Shown one piece after another: positions 13,913 to 26,637 of a DNA stretch of 64,000 nt. Source of the stretch: Eledone cirrhosa (lineage: Eukaryota). The stretch is taken from contig OZ024759.1 in NCBI GenBank assembly GCA_964016885.1, positions 20,832,001-20,896,000 on the forward strand, in the 5' to 3' direction. Made by a program: the position numbers and the translations under genes. Under the pieces are notes generated by a model. That model was not told the DNA's origin. It was given only the letters and a program-made list of their open reading frames with translations, and ran no database searches. Every line of letters begins with the position of its first letter. Positions within the stretch are counted from its first letter, which is position 1.

Positions 13913-14541
13913 TGTATGTATGTATAATTTAGCATGGGTTTGTAAAAGGGTTCGGAAAGAAACCAGTTAAATATGATCATTGTATATAGGACATTCCAGA
14001 TGATTTTACACAAATGAAACACCTTTTGTCCTATACAAGTCATTTCGATAGAAAATAAATATGTATATAAACACACACACACATACATATATACATATCC
14101 TATATCCATATATATATATACACACACACATACACACAGAGTGGGACGAAAAATGATAGAAATACGTTTTTTGATTATGAAATATCCCTGGAAAATCCAC
14201 TTGGATATAGCCTTGTCACAATTATATAGCATATGTCACAGTTATATAGCATATGTCACAGTTATATAGCATATGTCACAGTCATATAGAATATTGTACT
14301 TGTAACATGATCGATGTTACACAATTATAGAGTATATTGAACTTGTAACATGATCGATGTTACACTATTATGTAGTATAGTGAACATGTAGCATGATCGA
14401 TGTTACTCAGTTATAGAGTATTGAACTTGTAACATGGTTACTGTTACACAATTATATGATAAATTGTACATGTAACATGACTGTTGTGTCACCATTATAA
14501 CGTATTGAACATGTAACATGACTGTTGTGTCACTATTATAT

Positions 14542-14730
14542 AGCGGTAGATTGCCAGTATCGGTAGAGCGTCGGACCCCATGCTTTGCAGCATGGAGTTA
14601 TGACTCTTTACGTTCTGAGTTCAAATTCCGACGAGGTTAACTTGGCCTTTCATCTTTACGGAGTCGATAAAATAAACTACCAGTAATGCACTGGGGTAAT
14701 TGTTGGCCTTGTGCCAAAAGTAGAAAAAAA
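14542..14730 (+). mobile_element. SINE family A, full-length copy
   Basis: tRNA-like head (TTGCCAGTATCGGTAGAGCG...GTTCAAATTC), central core and a GGCCTTGTGCCAAAAGTAGAAA tail. Confidence 0.88.
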
Positions 14731-15157
14731 CTATTAATTAGATTGTACCTCTAACATGACTGTTGTGTCACAGTTATATAGTGTATTTAACATGTAACAA
14801 GACTGCTGTGACAGTTATATAGTGTATTTAACATGTAACAAGACTGCTGTGACAGTTATATAACGTATTTAACATGTAACAAGACTGCTGTGACAGTTAT
14901 ATAGTGTATTTAACATGTAACAAGACTGCTGTGACACAATTATAAAGTACATTAAACATGTAACAAGACTGTTGTGACACAATTATATAGTATGTTGAAC
15001 ATGTAACAAGACTGCTGTGACATATTTATACAGAATATTTATCATGTAACAAGACAGTTGTCACAATTATATAGTACATTATACCTGTAACGTGACTGAT
15101 GTTACACATTTACAGTGTATTGAACATGTAACATGACTGCTGTGATACCATTATATA

Positions 15158-15264
15158 CTCCCGCCGAGGTTAAATTTGCCTTTCATCCTTACGGGGTCGA
15201 TAAAATAAAGTACCAGTAATGTACTGGGGTAATTGCTGGCCTTGTGCCAAAAGTAGAAACAATT
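15158..15264 (+). mobile_element. SINE family A, 3' half
   Basis: Matches the family A core and tail. Confidence 0.85.
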
Positions 15265-15526
15265 ATATACTGTATTTCTCATGTAACATGACTGCTGTCA
15301 CATTTATACTGTATATTGGACATGTCACATAATCGCTCTCATACATTTCTAGAGTGTTTGGATATGTATCGAGACTGCTGTGACACAATACGTTGGACAT
15401 GTAACAGAACCGTTGTGACACATTATTTTTGGGGGGGGGGGAGAAATAGAGATATATAATTCATATAGATATATAAATATAGATATATAATTTAGTCTTA
15501 AAGAGAAATATAGATATATAAATATA

Positions 15527-15950
15527 AACAAATGAAAAATATTCCCACAATCAAAATATATACTTTATTATATATATTTCAAAGGTACTGTGTTGTTTTT
15601 TTCAGTACGTCCTCATCAGACAAAATATATGATTTGATATATGACATACCGCTACGGTCTTGATTATTCAATTCCAGTTTTGCCAATACTGGAATTGAAT
15701 AATCAAGACCGTAGCGGTATGTCATATATCAAATCATATATTTTGTCTGATGAGGACGTACTGAAAAAACAACACAGTACCTTTGAAATATATATAATAA
15801 AGTATATATTATGATTGTGAGAATATTTTTCATTTGTTAATATTTTGAATAATATTAAAAACTCCAGGATAACTTTTCCTGCTGAGTGCTTCTAATTTAT
15901 TGTAAAATTGTATTTATTGAGTAATCAACGAACCATACTAATGTTTGGTG
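15527..15950 (+). mobile_element. Palindromic hammerhead-bearing element, family 1 (312-bp palindrome 15527-15838 plus tail)
   Basis: Arms are nearly identical around the loop TTTGCCAAT (15679-15687). Hammerhead at 15736-15807: ATATATTTTGT-CTGATGA-GGAC GTACTG..CAGTAC CTTT-GAAA-TATATA-TA-ATAAAGTATAT, with an 11-bp stem I. Mirrored on the minus strand. Confidence 0.85.
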
Positions 15951-16084
15951 ATATATAAATATAGATATATAATTTTTGATGATATAGTCTTAATGATAAA
16001 ATAAAAATATATTTTTCTTAATGAGATTTCCCCCGAGGGTGTGTGGCCGTAAGCTATAGATTGTTTAGCTTATAGGTAGGTCCA

Positions 16085-17430
16085 GCACTGACCAATGTAT
16101 TAAGTGACAGGACTGTCATGTCACATGTCCAATGTATTAAATGTGTCACAGATAATTTGTCACAGGTCCCACGTTTTAAATGTGTCATAGTGGTCTTGTT
16201 ACACGTTCAATGTATTAAGTGTTACAGACGACGAATGCATTAAGCAGATATGTCACAAATACCTGTTACATGTCCATCCAAAACATAAGGTGTGACACAG
16301 ATGCTATGTACTAGATAGTTATGTTGCAGAGGTTTTGTTACATTCCAATGTGCTATATTGATATCACAGATGTCTTGTTACATGTACTATGCGCTATATG
16401 AGTGTATGACAGATGCCTTATGTGTAAAATGTACCGCATAAGTGTGTCACAGCAGTCTTATTATCTGTCCAATTGTTTAATTCATTAGTCATGTCACAAG
16501 GCATGTTTAACACACCAGATTTAATGTATTATTCGTGTAACCCAGCACCTGTGACATATTTAGTGTATTTGGAAATGTAACAAAGTTTGTTTGACGCACT
16601 TTATAGTGTAGAATAGGTACACTGTATCCCCGTTTGTTCCTGGTTTAGTATAGGTACACTGTATCCCTGTTTGTTCCTGGTTTAGTATAGGTACACTGTA
16701 TCCCTGTGTACTTCTGATTTAGTATAGGTACACTGTATCCCTGTGTACTTATCTGGTTTACAATAGGTACACTGTATCCCTATGTTCCTAGTTTAAAATA
16801 GGTACACCGTATCCCTGTGTTTCATAAGAAGTGACTGAAAGGGTTTGTGTGTCAAGAAGGGGATCCGGTGGTAGAAGATTGCCTTAAAAAATCCTATCCA
16901 ACCCATGCCAGCATGGAAAGGTTGACGTAAAATCGATGATGATTGATTTTGTTTGATGCATTCTTTATGTGACGAGACCTTTGTGACACCTATTGAATAT
17001 ACAGGCCACGTAACAAGACATCTGTGACAGTCATTGTTTACATTGATGACGTAATGAGGTCACCGTGACACACATAATGCATTGGTCCTGTAACATGGTG
17101 TTAGTGACATATTTCAACACATTGGTCCTGTACCATGGCATCTGTGACATATGTCAACACATTGGTCAAGTAACAAGAGACTTGTGACACAGTGACATCA
17201 TATATTGGACATGTAACGATATTTGTGACACAGTGACATCATGTATTGGACATGTAACAAGAGATTTGTGATACATCTATTGGTTATGTAGCAAGTCATC
17301 TGTGACATACCTGTTGGTAATGTGACAACGTGGCACACCTGTTGGTAATGTGACAATGTGACACACCTATTGGTAATGTGACAACGTGACACACCTGTTG
17401 GTTATGTGACAAGGTATTTGTTACAAACTT
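16085..17430. repeat. Old degenerate TGTCAC/TGTAAC-type array (both orientations) containing a younger 36-37 bp repeat at 16612-16820
   Basis: AGGTACACTGTATCCC occurs 6 times. The flanks are rich in GTGACA/TGTCAC/GTAACA at regular spacing. Confidence 0.65.
16841..16945 (+). mobile_element. Probable 3' tail of a third SINE/LINE family
   Basis: CCAACCCATGCCAGCATGGAAA...GACGTAAAATCGATGATGA ends in a (GAT)n tail. The assignment rests on recalled similarity to cephalopod SINE tails. Confidence 0.5.
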
Positions 17431-17496
17431 ATTCTTTTGATTTCAGATTCATTTGTAATATCTCTTGTAACATAATTTCAATGTAACATTCATTCT

Positions 17497-17530
<34 letters not shown>

Positions 17531-18139
17531 CGATCAAATACAGAGTCGCACATCAAACACACACACATACATGCATCAAACGCTCACATGCAACACACAT
17601 ACAAACATCAAATAAATACGCATCAAACGGACACACACATAAGTAAGTCTAGCAATCTAACTATGGTGACTGTGGAAAAACATTTCAATCAAAAGGGCTC
17701 CCCTCCCAATTTCATGACTAAGATCCCTTCAAGGATGTTCAAGTGATAAGAAAGGAAACTTAGCTTGAACAGTTCCAAGCTTTTTTAAAAAAACATTTCT
17801 ATACAATGCAATAGGAGTGGACCTTGTCTTCATGCCAACTTGGTGGAAACATTGGACATGTTTCGATCGTATATACTGTTTTCAGCCAAGCTCTTAAGGA
17901 GATGGTTTTACTAACCCTTAAACCACAACGTTCTTCAGTTGTGGAGTCAGCATTGATGGTCAGTCACTACCCATTTCCTGGTTTCCAGCTGAACTCTTGA
18001 ATCCGCTTGTTCCAGAACCAGCAAGAGGCCCTCTTCGCTGCCTCTCAACAACATGCAGTCTTTCTCCTTTTACCAGAGCTAGTGAAGACGTGCGCCCTAG
18101 TGGTGAGACTGCGATGGACACTATCTATGAGACATGCTG

Positions 18140-18585
18140 AAGATTGGTCATACATGGGACAACGTAGAGTGAGTCGATAAAGGGTGGTCTTATATGGGAC
18201 AAACTACAGACAGTTGGTAAAGACCAGTCTTAAATGGGACAAGGTACAGACAGTTGGTAAAGACTGATCTTAAATGGGACAACGTGCAGACAGTTGGTAA
18301 AGACTGGTCTTATATGGGACAAGGTACAAAGTTTGAAAAGACGGGCCTTAAATGGGACAAGATACAGAGACAGTTAAAGATTGACCTTACATGGGACAAG
18401 GTACAGACAATTACTTAAGACATGTTTAACAAGAGACAAGATAGGCAGTTGGTAAAGACATGTCTTAAAAGGAACAAGACAGGCAGTTGCTAAAAACTGG
18501 TTTTACAAGAGACATGGTACAAACAGTTATTTAAGACATGGTACATACAGCTATTTAAGACATATTTTACATGGGACAAGGTTGA
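18140..18585. repeat. Degenerate 40-bp tandem array (GGTCTTACATGGGACAAGGTACAGACAGTTGGTAAAGACT)
   Basis: About 11 copies. A second array of the same family lies at 21390-21770. Confidence 0.85.
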
Positions 18586-18829
18586 GTAAATGTTTTTTAT
18601 CTTATCGATTTCGAAGTCAGTTTTAGATAATTTTACATATGCAAAGTGTTTAGTACAATTTTAGTCAAATTTACATCGCAAAATTAAAACTAAATCTATG
18701 GCCCCCTTTTTTTAAAATAAATATTCACTTAAAAACTGACAGATACATCAGTGAACATCGTAGGTTCGATTTTGGGATCAGGTGCCACGTCGTGCTTTTG
18801 AAAAAGACACTTTGTTTTGTGTTTGTGTA

Positions 18830-19650
18830 GGAGGCCAGTTAAACCTACATATATGTGAACTGTAACAATAACATACAAATGTGTGTGTATGATAGGACTG
18901 GAGCCCCTAACATTAATTAAAACACCAAAGAAACTTCGTGTGTGATGACAAACTCGTTGGAAGCCAGTTAAATCTATATAGGTGTAAGCTGTAACAACAA
19001 CATACATATGTTAGTGTATAGTAGGGCTGGGGCCCTTATTAAAACACAATAATTTATATGTAACCTAGTAGGAGGCCAGCTAAACATGCATAGCTGTGAG
19101 CTGTAAAACGTACACGTGTGTGTGTGCTATAGGGTTGGGGCCCTTAACATTAACACACACAAGAAGCCTGTGGAAATCTATGAGAAGCTAGCTAGACCTA
19201 AATAGGTGTGATATGTAACAACGTACATATGTGTGTGTATGTAATAGAACAGCGGGCCCCCTAACATTAAAACGCCCAAGAAACCCGTGGAAATCTATGA
19301 GAAGCTAGCTAGACCTAAATAAGTGTGAGCTGCAACAACGTTCATGTGTGTGTGTGTGTGTGTGTGTTGTAGGACAGAGGCTCCCTAGCATTAAAACATC
19401 CAAGAAACCTCCTATGTGTAACAACATACAAATGTATGTATCTGATAGGACTGAGGTCCCTATCATTAAAACACCCCCAAAACCTCAAATACAACTCGTA
19501 AGATTCCAGCTAAACCTACACAGATTTCAGCTGTGATAACATACAAATGTATGTATCTGATAGGACTGAGATCCCTATCATTAAAACACCCCTAAAATCT
19601 GATATACAACGTTACAGGGAGCCAGCTATACCTACATATGTGTGAGCTGT
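18830..19650 (+). repeat. Degenerate 110-125 bp tandem/dispersed repeat (GGCCAGCTAAACCTACA..TGTGAGCTGTAACAACATACA..GGCCCCT..CATTAAAAC)
   Basis: About 7 units here, about 3 more at 60905-61240 and a fragment near 2840-2955. Confidence 0.75.
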
Positions 19651-20539
19651 AAATTTCTATAAACATTTTTTTTTTTTATTTCCCGAGGTGCAAGCGTCTC
19701 CAAGGCAAGCAGACGATGCCTGGAAACCCCTGTTGTGTACCCATGTTTATCATCATTTTATCTCTACGTTGTGGAGTAGGGTCCAACAACCGATAATCCC
19801 CTACTCTACCTCCACTCCTGGCCCCGTGTGGTAACATAAAACACTTCTGCCACACCTCTTCCATACAAACCACTGAGGTTTTGTTTACGTATTTTTTTGT
19901 CTACACCTGTTACACGTTCTGACCATCACATATTTGTGTGTGAAACATACACACACGCACACATACACACACACACACACATACGCATACACACACATAT
20001 ACACCCACACACACACCCACACATACACCAACACTAAGACACATACACCAACACACACAGGCACATACATACACACATACACACATACACACACACTAAG
20101 ACACATACACCAACACTAACACACACACACATTAAGACACACTCCAAAACTAACACACACACACACGAATACACACTTCCATGCATTAATACAACACATA
20201 CACACAGCAATACAATACACACACGCACACACACACACACACATTAATTACAGTTGCATACAGTAATACAATACGCACACACATTAATCACACTTCCATA
20301 CATTCATACAACACACACACACACACGCGCGCATTAGTCACACTTCCATACATCAATACAATACACACACCACACATACACACACACACACATTAATCAC
20401 ACTTCCATACATTTATACAATACACACACCACACATATACACACTCATTAATGACACATCCATCAGTACACACACACGCACACATGTGGGTGTGCGCCAT
20501 TTCATATATTATCCATATAAAACATGTCCCACCAATGTA

Positions 20540-21058
20540 CCGCCACCTTCACCAAAGTGCTGTCTGTTAAGTGGTTGTGTATTCCGTCCCCCTTCACTAA
20601 AGTACTGTCTGTTAAGTGGTTGTGTATTCCGTCCCCCTTCACCAAAGTGCTGTCTGTTAAGTGGTTGTGTATTCCGTCCCCCTTCACCAAAGTACTGTCT
20701 GTTAAGTGGTTGTGTATTCCGTCCCCCTTCACCAAAGTACTGTCTGTTAAGTGGTTGTGTATTCCGTCCCCCTTCACCAAAGTACTGTCTGTTAAGTGGT
20801 TGTGTATTCCGCACCGCCCTTCACTAAAGTACTGTCTGTTAAGTGGTTGTGTATTCCGCCCCCCTTCACCAAAGTACTGTATGTTAAGTGGTTGTGTATT
20901 CCGCATCGCCCTTCACGAATGTACTGTCTGTTAAGTGGTTGTGTATTCCGCACCGCCCTTCACTAAAGTACTGTCTGTTAAGTGGTTGTGTATTCCGCAC
21001 CGCCCTTCACTAAAGTACTGTCTGTTAAGTGGTTGTGTATTCCGCACCGCCCTTCACT
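20540..21058. repeat. 45-bp minisatellite (CCGTCCCCCTTCACCAAAGTACTGTCTGTTAAGTGGTTGTGTATT) x about 11.5
   Basis: Directly visible tandem copies. Confidence 0.95.
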
Positions 21059-21389
21059 CATGTAATTACTGTTGCTAACAGTTGTACGACAAAACTGAAG
21101 CTATGTACGTATGGTCCTGTAACTTCTGATAGGGTCGTTGGGCGTATAAGTGGCTGAGTATTCCGCACATACCTACGCCCTTAACGTTATCGTCGGGCAG
21201 AATTAATGTATGATTCAGTATGTATGTAACAGAGCCGAGACTTTGTATGACGGGATCACTCTATCTGCGGTATTTCCATATAGTTTACGTCTACCCGGGA
21301 CCCCCAATGGACGAGAAGATGGTACCAAAGGTAACGTTGAGATTGATACTATCTCGAAAACGAAAACCTGTTCTGCCAAAAGACTGATG

Positions 21390-21770
21390 CTAAAGACAGG
21401 TCTTAACTAGGGCAAGGTGCGGACATGTGTCAAAGACTGGTCTTAACCGGGACAAGGTACTGACATTTGCTAAAGACTGGTCTTACATGGAACAAGGAAC
21501 AGACAGTTGGAAAAGATAGGTCTTACATGGGCCAAGGTACTGACAGTTGGAAAAGACAGGCCTTACATAGGACAGGTACTGGCAGTTGGAAAGGACAGGT
21601 CTTACATGGAACAAGGAACAGACAGTTGGAAAAGACAGGCCTTACATAGGACAGGTACTGGCAGTTGGAAAGGACAGGTCATACATGGAACAAGATACAG
21701 ACAGGTGCTAGAGACAGGTCTTTCATGGGACAAGGTACAGAGACAGTTACTTAAAACTGGTCTTAAATGG
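21390..21770. repeat. Degenerate 40-bp tandem array (same family as 18140-18585)
   Basis: GGTCTTACATGG..CAAGG.AC.GACAGTTGGAAA.GACA units. Confidence 0.85.
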
Positions 21771-22042
21771 AGTCGAAATCTCGAAGTCTCATTTCTCAAA
21801 AAGAACGAAGAGGATAAATATAAAGGCGATTTACTCTGGTTCTTATATTTGAGTATTTTGTATCTGTGTAACACAAGGCACGTGTCACAAATACACTCAA
21901 CAATAATCTCAGTTACATTTACTACATTTTATAAGTAACACAATCTTTGTCACAAATCCTTTCATATGTAACACAAGTTTGGTATATTTCGTACGTAACA
22001 CACACACACACACACACACATTTGGTATATTATATATGTAAC

Positions 22043-22230
22043 GCGGTGGATTGGCAGTATCGGTAGAGAGTCGGACACCATGCTTTACAGCATAGTTACG
22101 GTCCTTTACGATCTGAGTTCAAATCCCGCCGAGGTTAACTTTGCCTTTCATCCTTACGGGTCGATAAAATAAAGCACCAGTAATACACTGGGGTAATTGC
22201 TGGCCTTGTGCCAAAAGTAGAAACAATTAT
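22043..22230 (+). mobile_element. SINE family A, full-length copy
   Basis: GCGGTGGATTGGCAGTATCGGTAGAG...GAGTTCAAATCCCGCCGAGG...core...GTGCCAAAAGTAGAAACAATT. Confidence 0.9.
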
Positions 22231-22384
22231 TATATATGTAACACGAATACTCTCGATTCAACATACTCCCAAAAAAACTTGAGAACCCCAAGCTGAGAAT
22301 CACTGCTTTATGTCCTTAAATAACTGATGCAGCTTCTCCCCTGCTAAATATGTATAACATTTTTCGAGTGTACGAATCATAATA

Positions 22385-22545
22385 ATGGTTTCTGGTTTAG
22401 GCATAAGGCCAGCAATTTTGATGGGAGGGGAAAAGTCGATTAAAACGACCCCAGTGCGTTACTGGTATTTTATTATTATTTTTTTTTATCCCCGTAAGTA
22501 TGAAAAGTAAATCTAACCTCAGCGGGATTTGAAATCACAATGCAC
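22385..22545 (-). mobile_element. SINE family A, diverged copy
   Basis: Reverse complement of the core and tail. Confidence 0.75.
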
Positions 22546-22650
22546 GGATCAATAATTATTGATTAAAATCAATTAGCTCTGTTTTATATATAGACTGCTT
22601 CTTGCTTCCTTCTCAGTGATTCTCTTGCTACACACACGCACACAAATAAA

Positions 22651-22889
22651 CGAGAGTCGGCTGAAACGTTCATAGGCTGACTATAAAGGTGTGATGCTAG
22701 AGCTGTGAAATCTTGCATGCATTAATTTCAGCTTTTCTTATTAACAAGGTATAGAGAGTTAGTAAAAACTAAGTTAGTCTTAAAGGGGACCATTGTTTCT
22801 TTCCAAAGACTATGTTGAAAAATGAACCTCATTTGATCATTCCATGAGAGTATCTTGGTCAGCCTATGAACTTTTTGGCTGATGTTCTT
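22651..22889. mobile_element. Non-autonomous mariner-like element (MITE)
   Basis: Terminal inverted repeats CGAGAGTCGGCTGAAACGTTCATAGGCTGAC / GTCAGCCTATGAACTTTTTGGCTGATG, with TA at the right flank. Confidence 0.7.
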
Positions 22890-23057
22890 ATATATGTGTG
22901 TGTATTCTTTATTATGGATAATGGGGGAGGCTTGTTACTCAGGAGTGCCACCAGTGTACTCAAGAGCATCGTATGATTCTGTCAGTATACAGTTAACAAG
23001 ACTTAATCATCACTTAGTCATAATAGAGAAAATTCAAACACTGCTTCGTCAACATCA

Positions 23058-23093
<36 letters not shown>

Positions 23094-23874
23094 GGGCGGA
23101 GGAACTCACAAGAGTCAACGGCTATCCAAAAGTGTGTAAATATGTATATACACATGTAAATATGTATGTATATGTGTATATACATGGGTGCATGTAGATG
23201 TATATGCACGGGGACATAGAAATAGTCGGGCTGGACACCCGATCGCACGGTTAAACCACTGGGAGTGAAGGGCCCCTAGCCTTTGTCAGGGCATTCTTCT
23301 AGAAGGCAACTCAGCAAACTGGGATGACTCCGATATAAAACCTGCGGCTCAGTAGTTATCGATGATGTTGATCTTTTCTTCTTTACGGGTTATAGCTACT
23401 GTCGCTCAGAGAGTGGGATTGGCTCAGTGCACAGTCTTTCCTCACTTTAAAAAATATCTTCACGCACAGGCATTGCACGATACAATTAATTAATAATTAT
23501 TAATAATGGTATATCGTGCAATGGCCATACTCGATAACGAGGGGGCAGCCATGATATATATATATATATCCAGGGAGTGAAACGTGAAGTTACTGTAGTT
23601 TCACCCAGGTGAGCACTCGGATATACGGATATTATATATATATGTATATATATCCATATATAGTTGACAGCTGAGAGAAAAGAGGACTCAATACTGTGAT
23701 AAACAGGCGAAACTCCAGAATAACACGATTCTCTATTTAGCCTTTATAATATGAATATATATACACATATATATATATACAGTTGAATTAAATGCTACCT
23801 CCTTCTGTATTTGAAATATGTAAATCAGTTAAATCATTTATTAACTCTTTATTTATTTATTCATTTGATATATA

Positions 23875-23970
23875 TAGGGTGTCCCAAAAAATTTGACATC
23901 ATTTTAAAAGCAAATATCTCGAAAAAAACTAAGTCTAGCTCAATGATGTCAAATTTTTTGGGACACCCTG
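23875..23970. mobile_element. Tc1/mariner-type MITE
   Basis: 28-bp TIRs AGGGTGTCCCAAAAAATTTGACATCATT / AATGATGTCAAATTTTTTGGGACACCCT inside TA runs. Confidence 0.85.
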
Positions 23971-24056
23971 TATATATATATATATATACAGTGGTAGGTC
24001 CCGGTTATTCGCGGAATTTTCCTTAGAGACTAATTAATAATTGTTCGTGGAAACAT

Positions 24057-24089
<33 letters not shown>

Positions 24090-24300
24090 CAAATATAAAT
24101 TATCGAGAATCGTATTTCGGCGGCCTATGAAATAACAAAAAACAACCTCCGAGATGTGTGGCAAGTGCTCAATGATTCAGATGAACCAGAGCTACAACAT
24201 ACGTTAAAGGCCAAACACAGTGAGACGATGGTTAAACGATCATCCGCACAACCCCAAAAAAAACGACCAAGTAATTCGGGTCAAACAAATAAAAATATAT

Positions 24301-24365
<65 letters not shown>

Positions 24366-24402
24366 TCTATTACGTGTTCTAGCCGACATGATGAGACCAT
24401 GC

Positions 24403-24440
<38 letters not shown>

Positions 24441-24632
24441 GTATATATATATATATATTTACCATATTCTACATGCAACCTTCTCCCCATTACGAATAAT
24501 CTGTTATGTACATTCTGGATACACATTTGTATGATCCCACGTTCAAATCATATCACCAGCTTGAGCCATAATGAATATAATCCCTATGGGTTCGATTACA
24601 TACATATATATTTTAAGTTATGTGTATGTATG

Positions 24633-24670
<38 letters not shown>

Positions 24671-25100
24671 AGGCGGGTAAAATTACCGAGATCCATGGAC
24701 GAGTTCTCTCCAGCGGTCTCTGTCCCTCATTATCGCTGCCATGTCCTGCATCTCCAACAGACCAGTGTCTGTCCTTAGGGCATCAACATACGTTAACCTT
24801 GGTCTTCCTCTTCTAGTGTGTCCATGTATATATAGTAATAATAATAAATTTGAAGACTAAAATCCAAAGAGGGCTCAATAAGGATAAATATATATCAAAT
24901 ATATAAGAACCCTAGAGCAAATATTTATTAAAATAACAGATTAAAGTTTAAGCAAAGAATCGCTGCTTTCACCCTTAACGGGATATATATAAGGGATAAC
25001 AAAATATCGTTGTAGGTAATCCAATTAGAGGTTGTGAATACTCCGTATTGTGGATAGTTGTAATTTGATTTCGTAAATGCTGAGCATATTTTTAACAATC

Positions 25101-25205
25101 CCTTCTGATGATCTGGTTAAGCTAACAACGTATTTAAAATTGAGTGGCACAGCTTCAAGTGTTCAGCAATTTTTAGGCAACTTAATCAGTGAAACAATTG
25201 TTAAT
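25101..25205 (+). ncRNA. Hammerhead motif with a long stem II insertion
   Basis: CTGATGA(25105)-T-CTGGTTAAG...CTTAATCAG-T-GAAA(25191)-CAATTG-TT. 9-bp stem II, palindromic stem III ACAATTGT, weak stem I. Confidence 0.6.
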
Positions 25206-25298
25206 ACTATAAATAAAACCCTTTTTTGTAGCGTTGACCATGTTATTCTTCACTCTTTCAATATATAGATATATATGTGTGCGTGTGTGTGTATATAT

Positions 25299-25505
25299 CC
25301 CGGGTTTAATCGGGGGTAACCACAGTAAGTAAGGTACTCAGTTCATAGTAGAGTATATACAATGTTTAATATAGAAATAGCTTCTACTGGACTAGAACTG
25401 TTTCATTCGAAGGAAATCATCAGGAAATCAACAGGGGCTTTCCTAATGATTTACTTCGAATGAAATAGTTCTAGTCCTGTAGAAGCTATTTCTATATTAA
25501 ACATT
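25299..25505 (-). mobile_element. Palindromic hammerhead-bearing element, family 2 (arms 25361-25427 and 25439-25505)
   Basis: Minus arm: TTTC-CTGATGA-T-TTC CTTC GAA-T-GAAA-CAG..-TA-GAAG. The plus arm has CTAATGA. Tail hairpin at 25334-25354. Confidence 0.8.
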
Positions 25506-25520
25506 ATATATACATACATA

Positions 25521-25735
25521 CAGCGGCGGTGGAACTGGCGGGAGGGGGTCTATGACCCCTCTAATAATTATATATATTTTCTCCCCAAACTACCAAAACA
25601 CACATCTATTTGTATATGAGCTACAATTTATGTACATGTAATGTTTATCGCATATCGAAGTTTTCTGACCATTTTAGAATGCAAAGAGACCAAATTTGGC
25701 CCACGTCCAGATCAGAAATGCTTCCACCGCCCTTG
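25521..25735. mobile_element. hAT-like MITE, copy 1
   Basis: Ends CAGCGGCGGTGGAA / TTCCACCGCCCTTG. The interior is homologous to the inverted copy at 25974-26218. Confidence 0.65.
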
Positions 25736-25912
25736 ATATATATATATAGATAGATAGATAGATAGATAGATAGATTTTCTGCCCAACGGTTAAGCTTTTA
25801 CCGTTTCGATAGTAAATGGAAAAATCTTGTAATATTTAAACTCTACTTTTCGTAAATATAAAATACTAAGTTGACTATTGGTCCTGTTGGTCCTAACTAG
25901 TGACATATCATC

Positions 25913-25949
<37 letters not shown>

Positions 25950-25973
25950 CTATATATATACATATATCATTGT

Positions 25974-26218
25974 TAGGGGCGGTGAAAGCATTTCTGAATA
26001 TTGGTGGGGGGTTGTGATTAGTTTAGCTGTTATTATCAAATATCATCCAAGATATATTAAAAAAAAACTTTGATATGTAATAAACATAACATGTACACAA
26101 ATTATAGCGTATATACACATAGATGTGTGTTTCGGTAGTTTGGGGTGAAAAATATAATTATTGGGGCGGAGGGGGGATCATGCCCCCCCCCCCCTGTTCC
26201 CCAGTTACATCGCTCCTG
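25974..26218. mobile_element. hAT-like MITE, copy 2 (inverted relative to copy 1)
   Basis: TAGGGGCGGTGAAAGCATTTCTGA ... TTACATCGCTCCTG. Shares CCCCAAACTACC.AAACACACATCTAT with copy 1. Confidence 0.65.
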
Positions 26219-26246
26219 ATTATGTATATATATATCGATCGACTTT

Positions 26247-26447
26247 CGTCTAATCGGACCGAGGAAACAATGTTTCCATTGGTCTTTCCAATTGCTAATA
26301 CTATCTATCGGTCGCAACTCCAGGTAGAAGGAGCAACGTGAAATAAAGTGTCTTGCTCAAGGACATAACACATCACCCGGTCCAGGAATCGACTCAAAGC
26401 CTCAAGATTGTGAATCCAATTCTCTAACCACTCAGCCACACGCCTTC
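26247..26447 (-). mobile_element. SINE family B
   Basis: Reverse complement of GTGGCTGAGTGGTTAGA...CGATTCCTGGACCGGG...TGTCCTTGAGCAAGACACTTTATTTCACGTTGCTCC. Confidence 0.85.
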
Positions 26448-26467
26448 ACTATGATTATCTATATATA

Positions 26468-26637
26468 CAGTTAAAATTCCGTTATAACGAATACCATTTG
26501 CACGAATTTTTCAGTATAACGAAATTTATTTCAATCCCCGGCCACACGCTCGATGTGTTAGGACGATCTCGTTATAAAGAATTTTTCATTACAAAGAATT
26601 TTTTTTTATACCCCATGAATTTCGTTATAACGGAATT

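Larger units (their letters stand above)
14213..15425. repeat. Degenerate 41-44 bp tandem array (TGTGACAGTTATATAGTGTATTTAACATGTAACAAGACTGC-like), interrupted by two SINEs
   Basis: Recurrent CATGTAACA and TGT(G/C/T)ACA motifs at about 42-bp spacing. Exact copies at 14770-14935. Confidence 0.8.

Noticed and set aside
14542-14640. tRNA gene calls for A-box/B-box sequences
   Set aside because: They do not form complete cloverleaves and continue into shared SINE bodies, so they are SINE heads.
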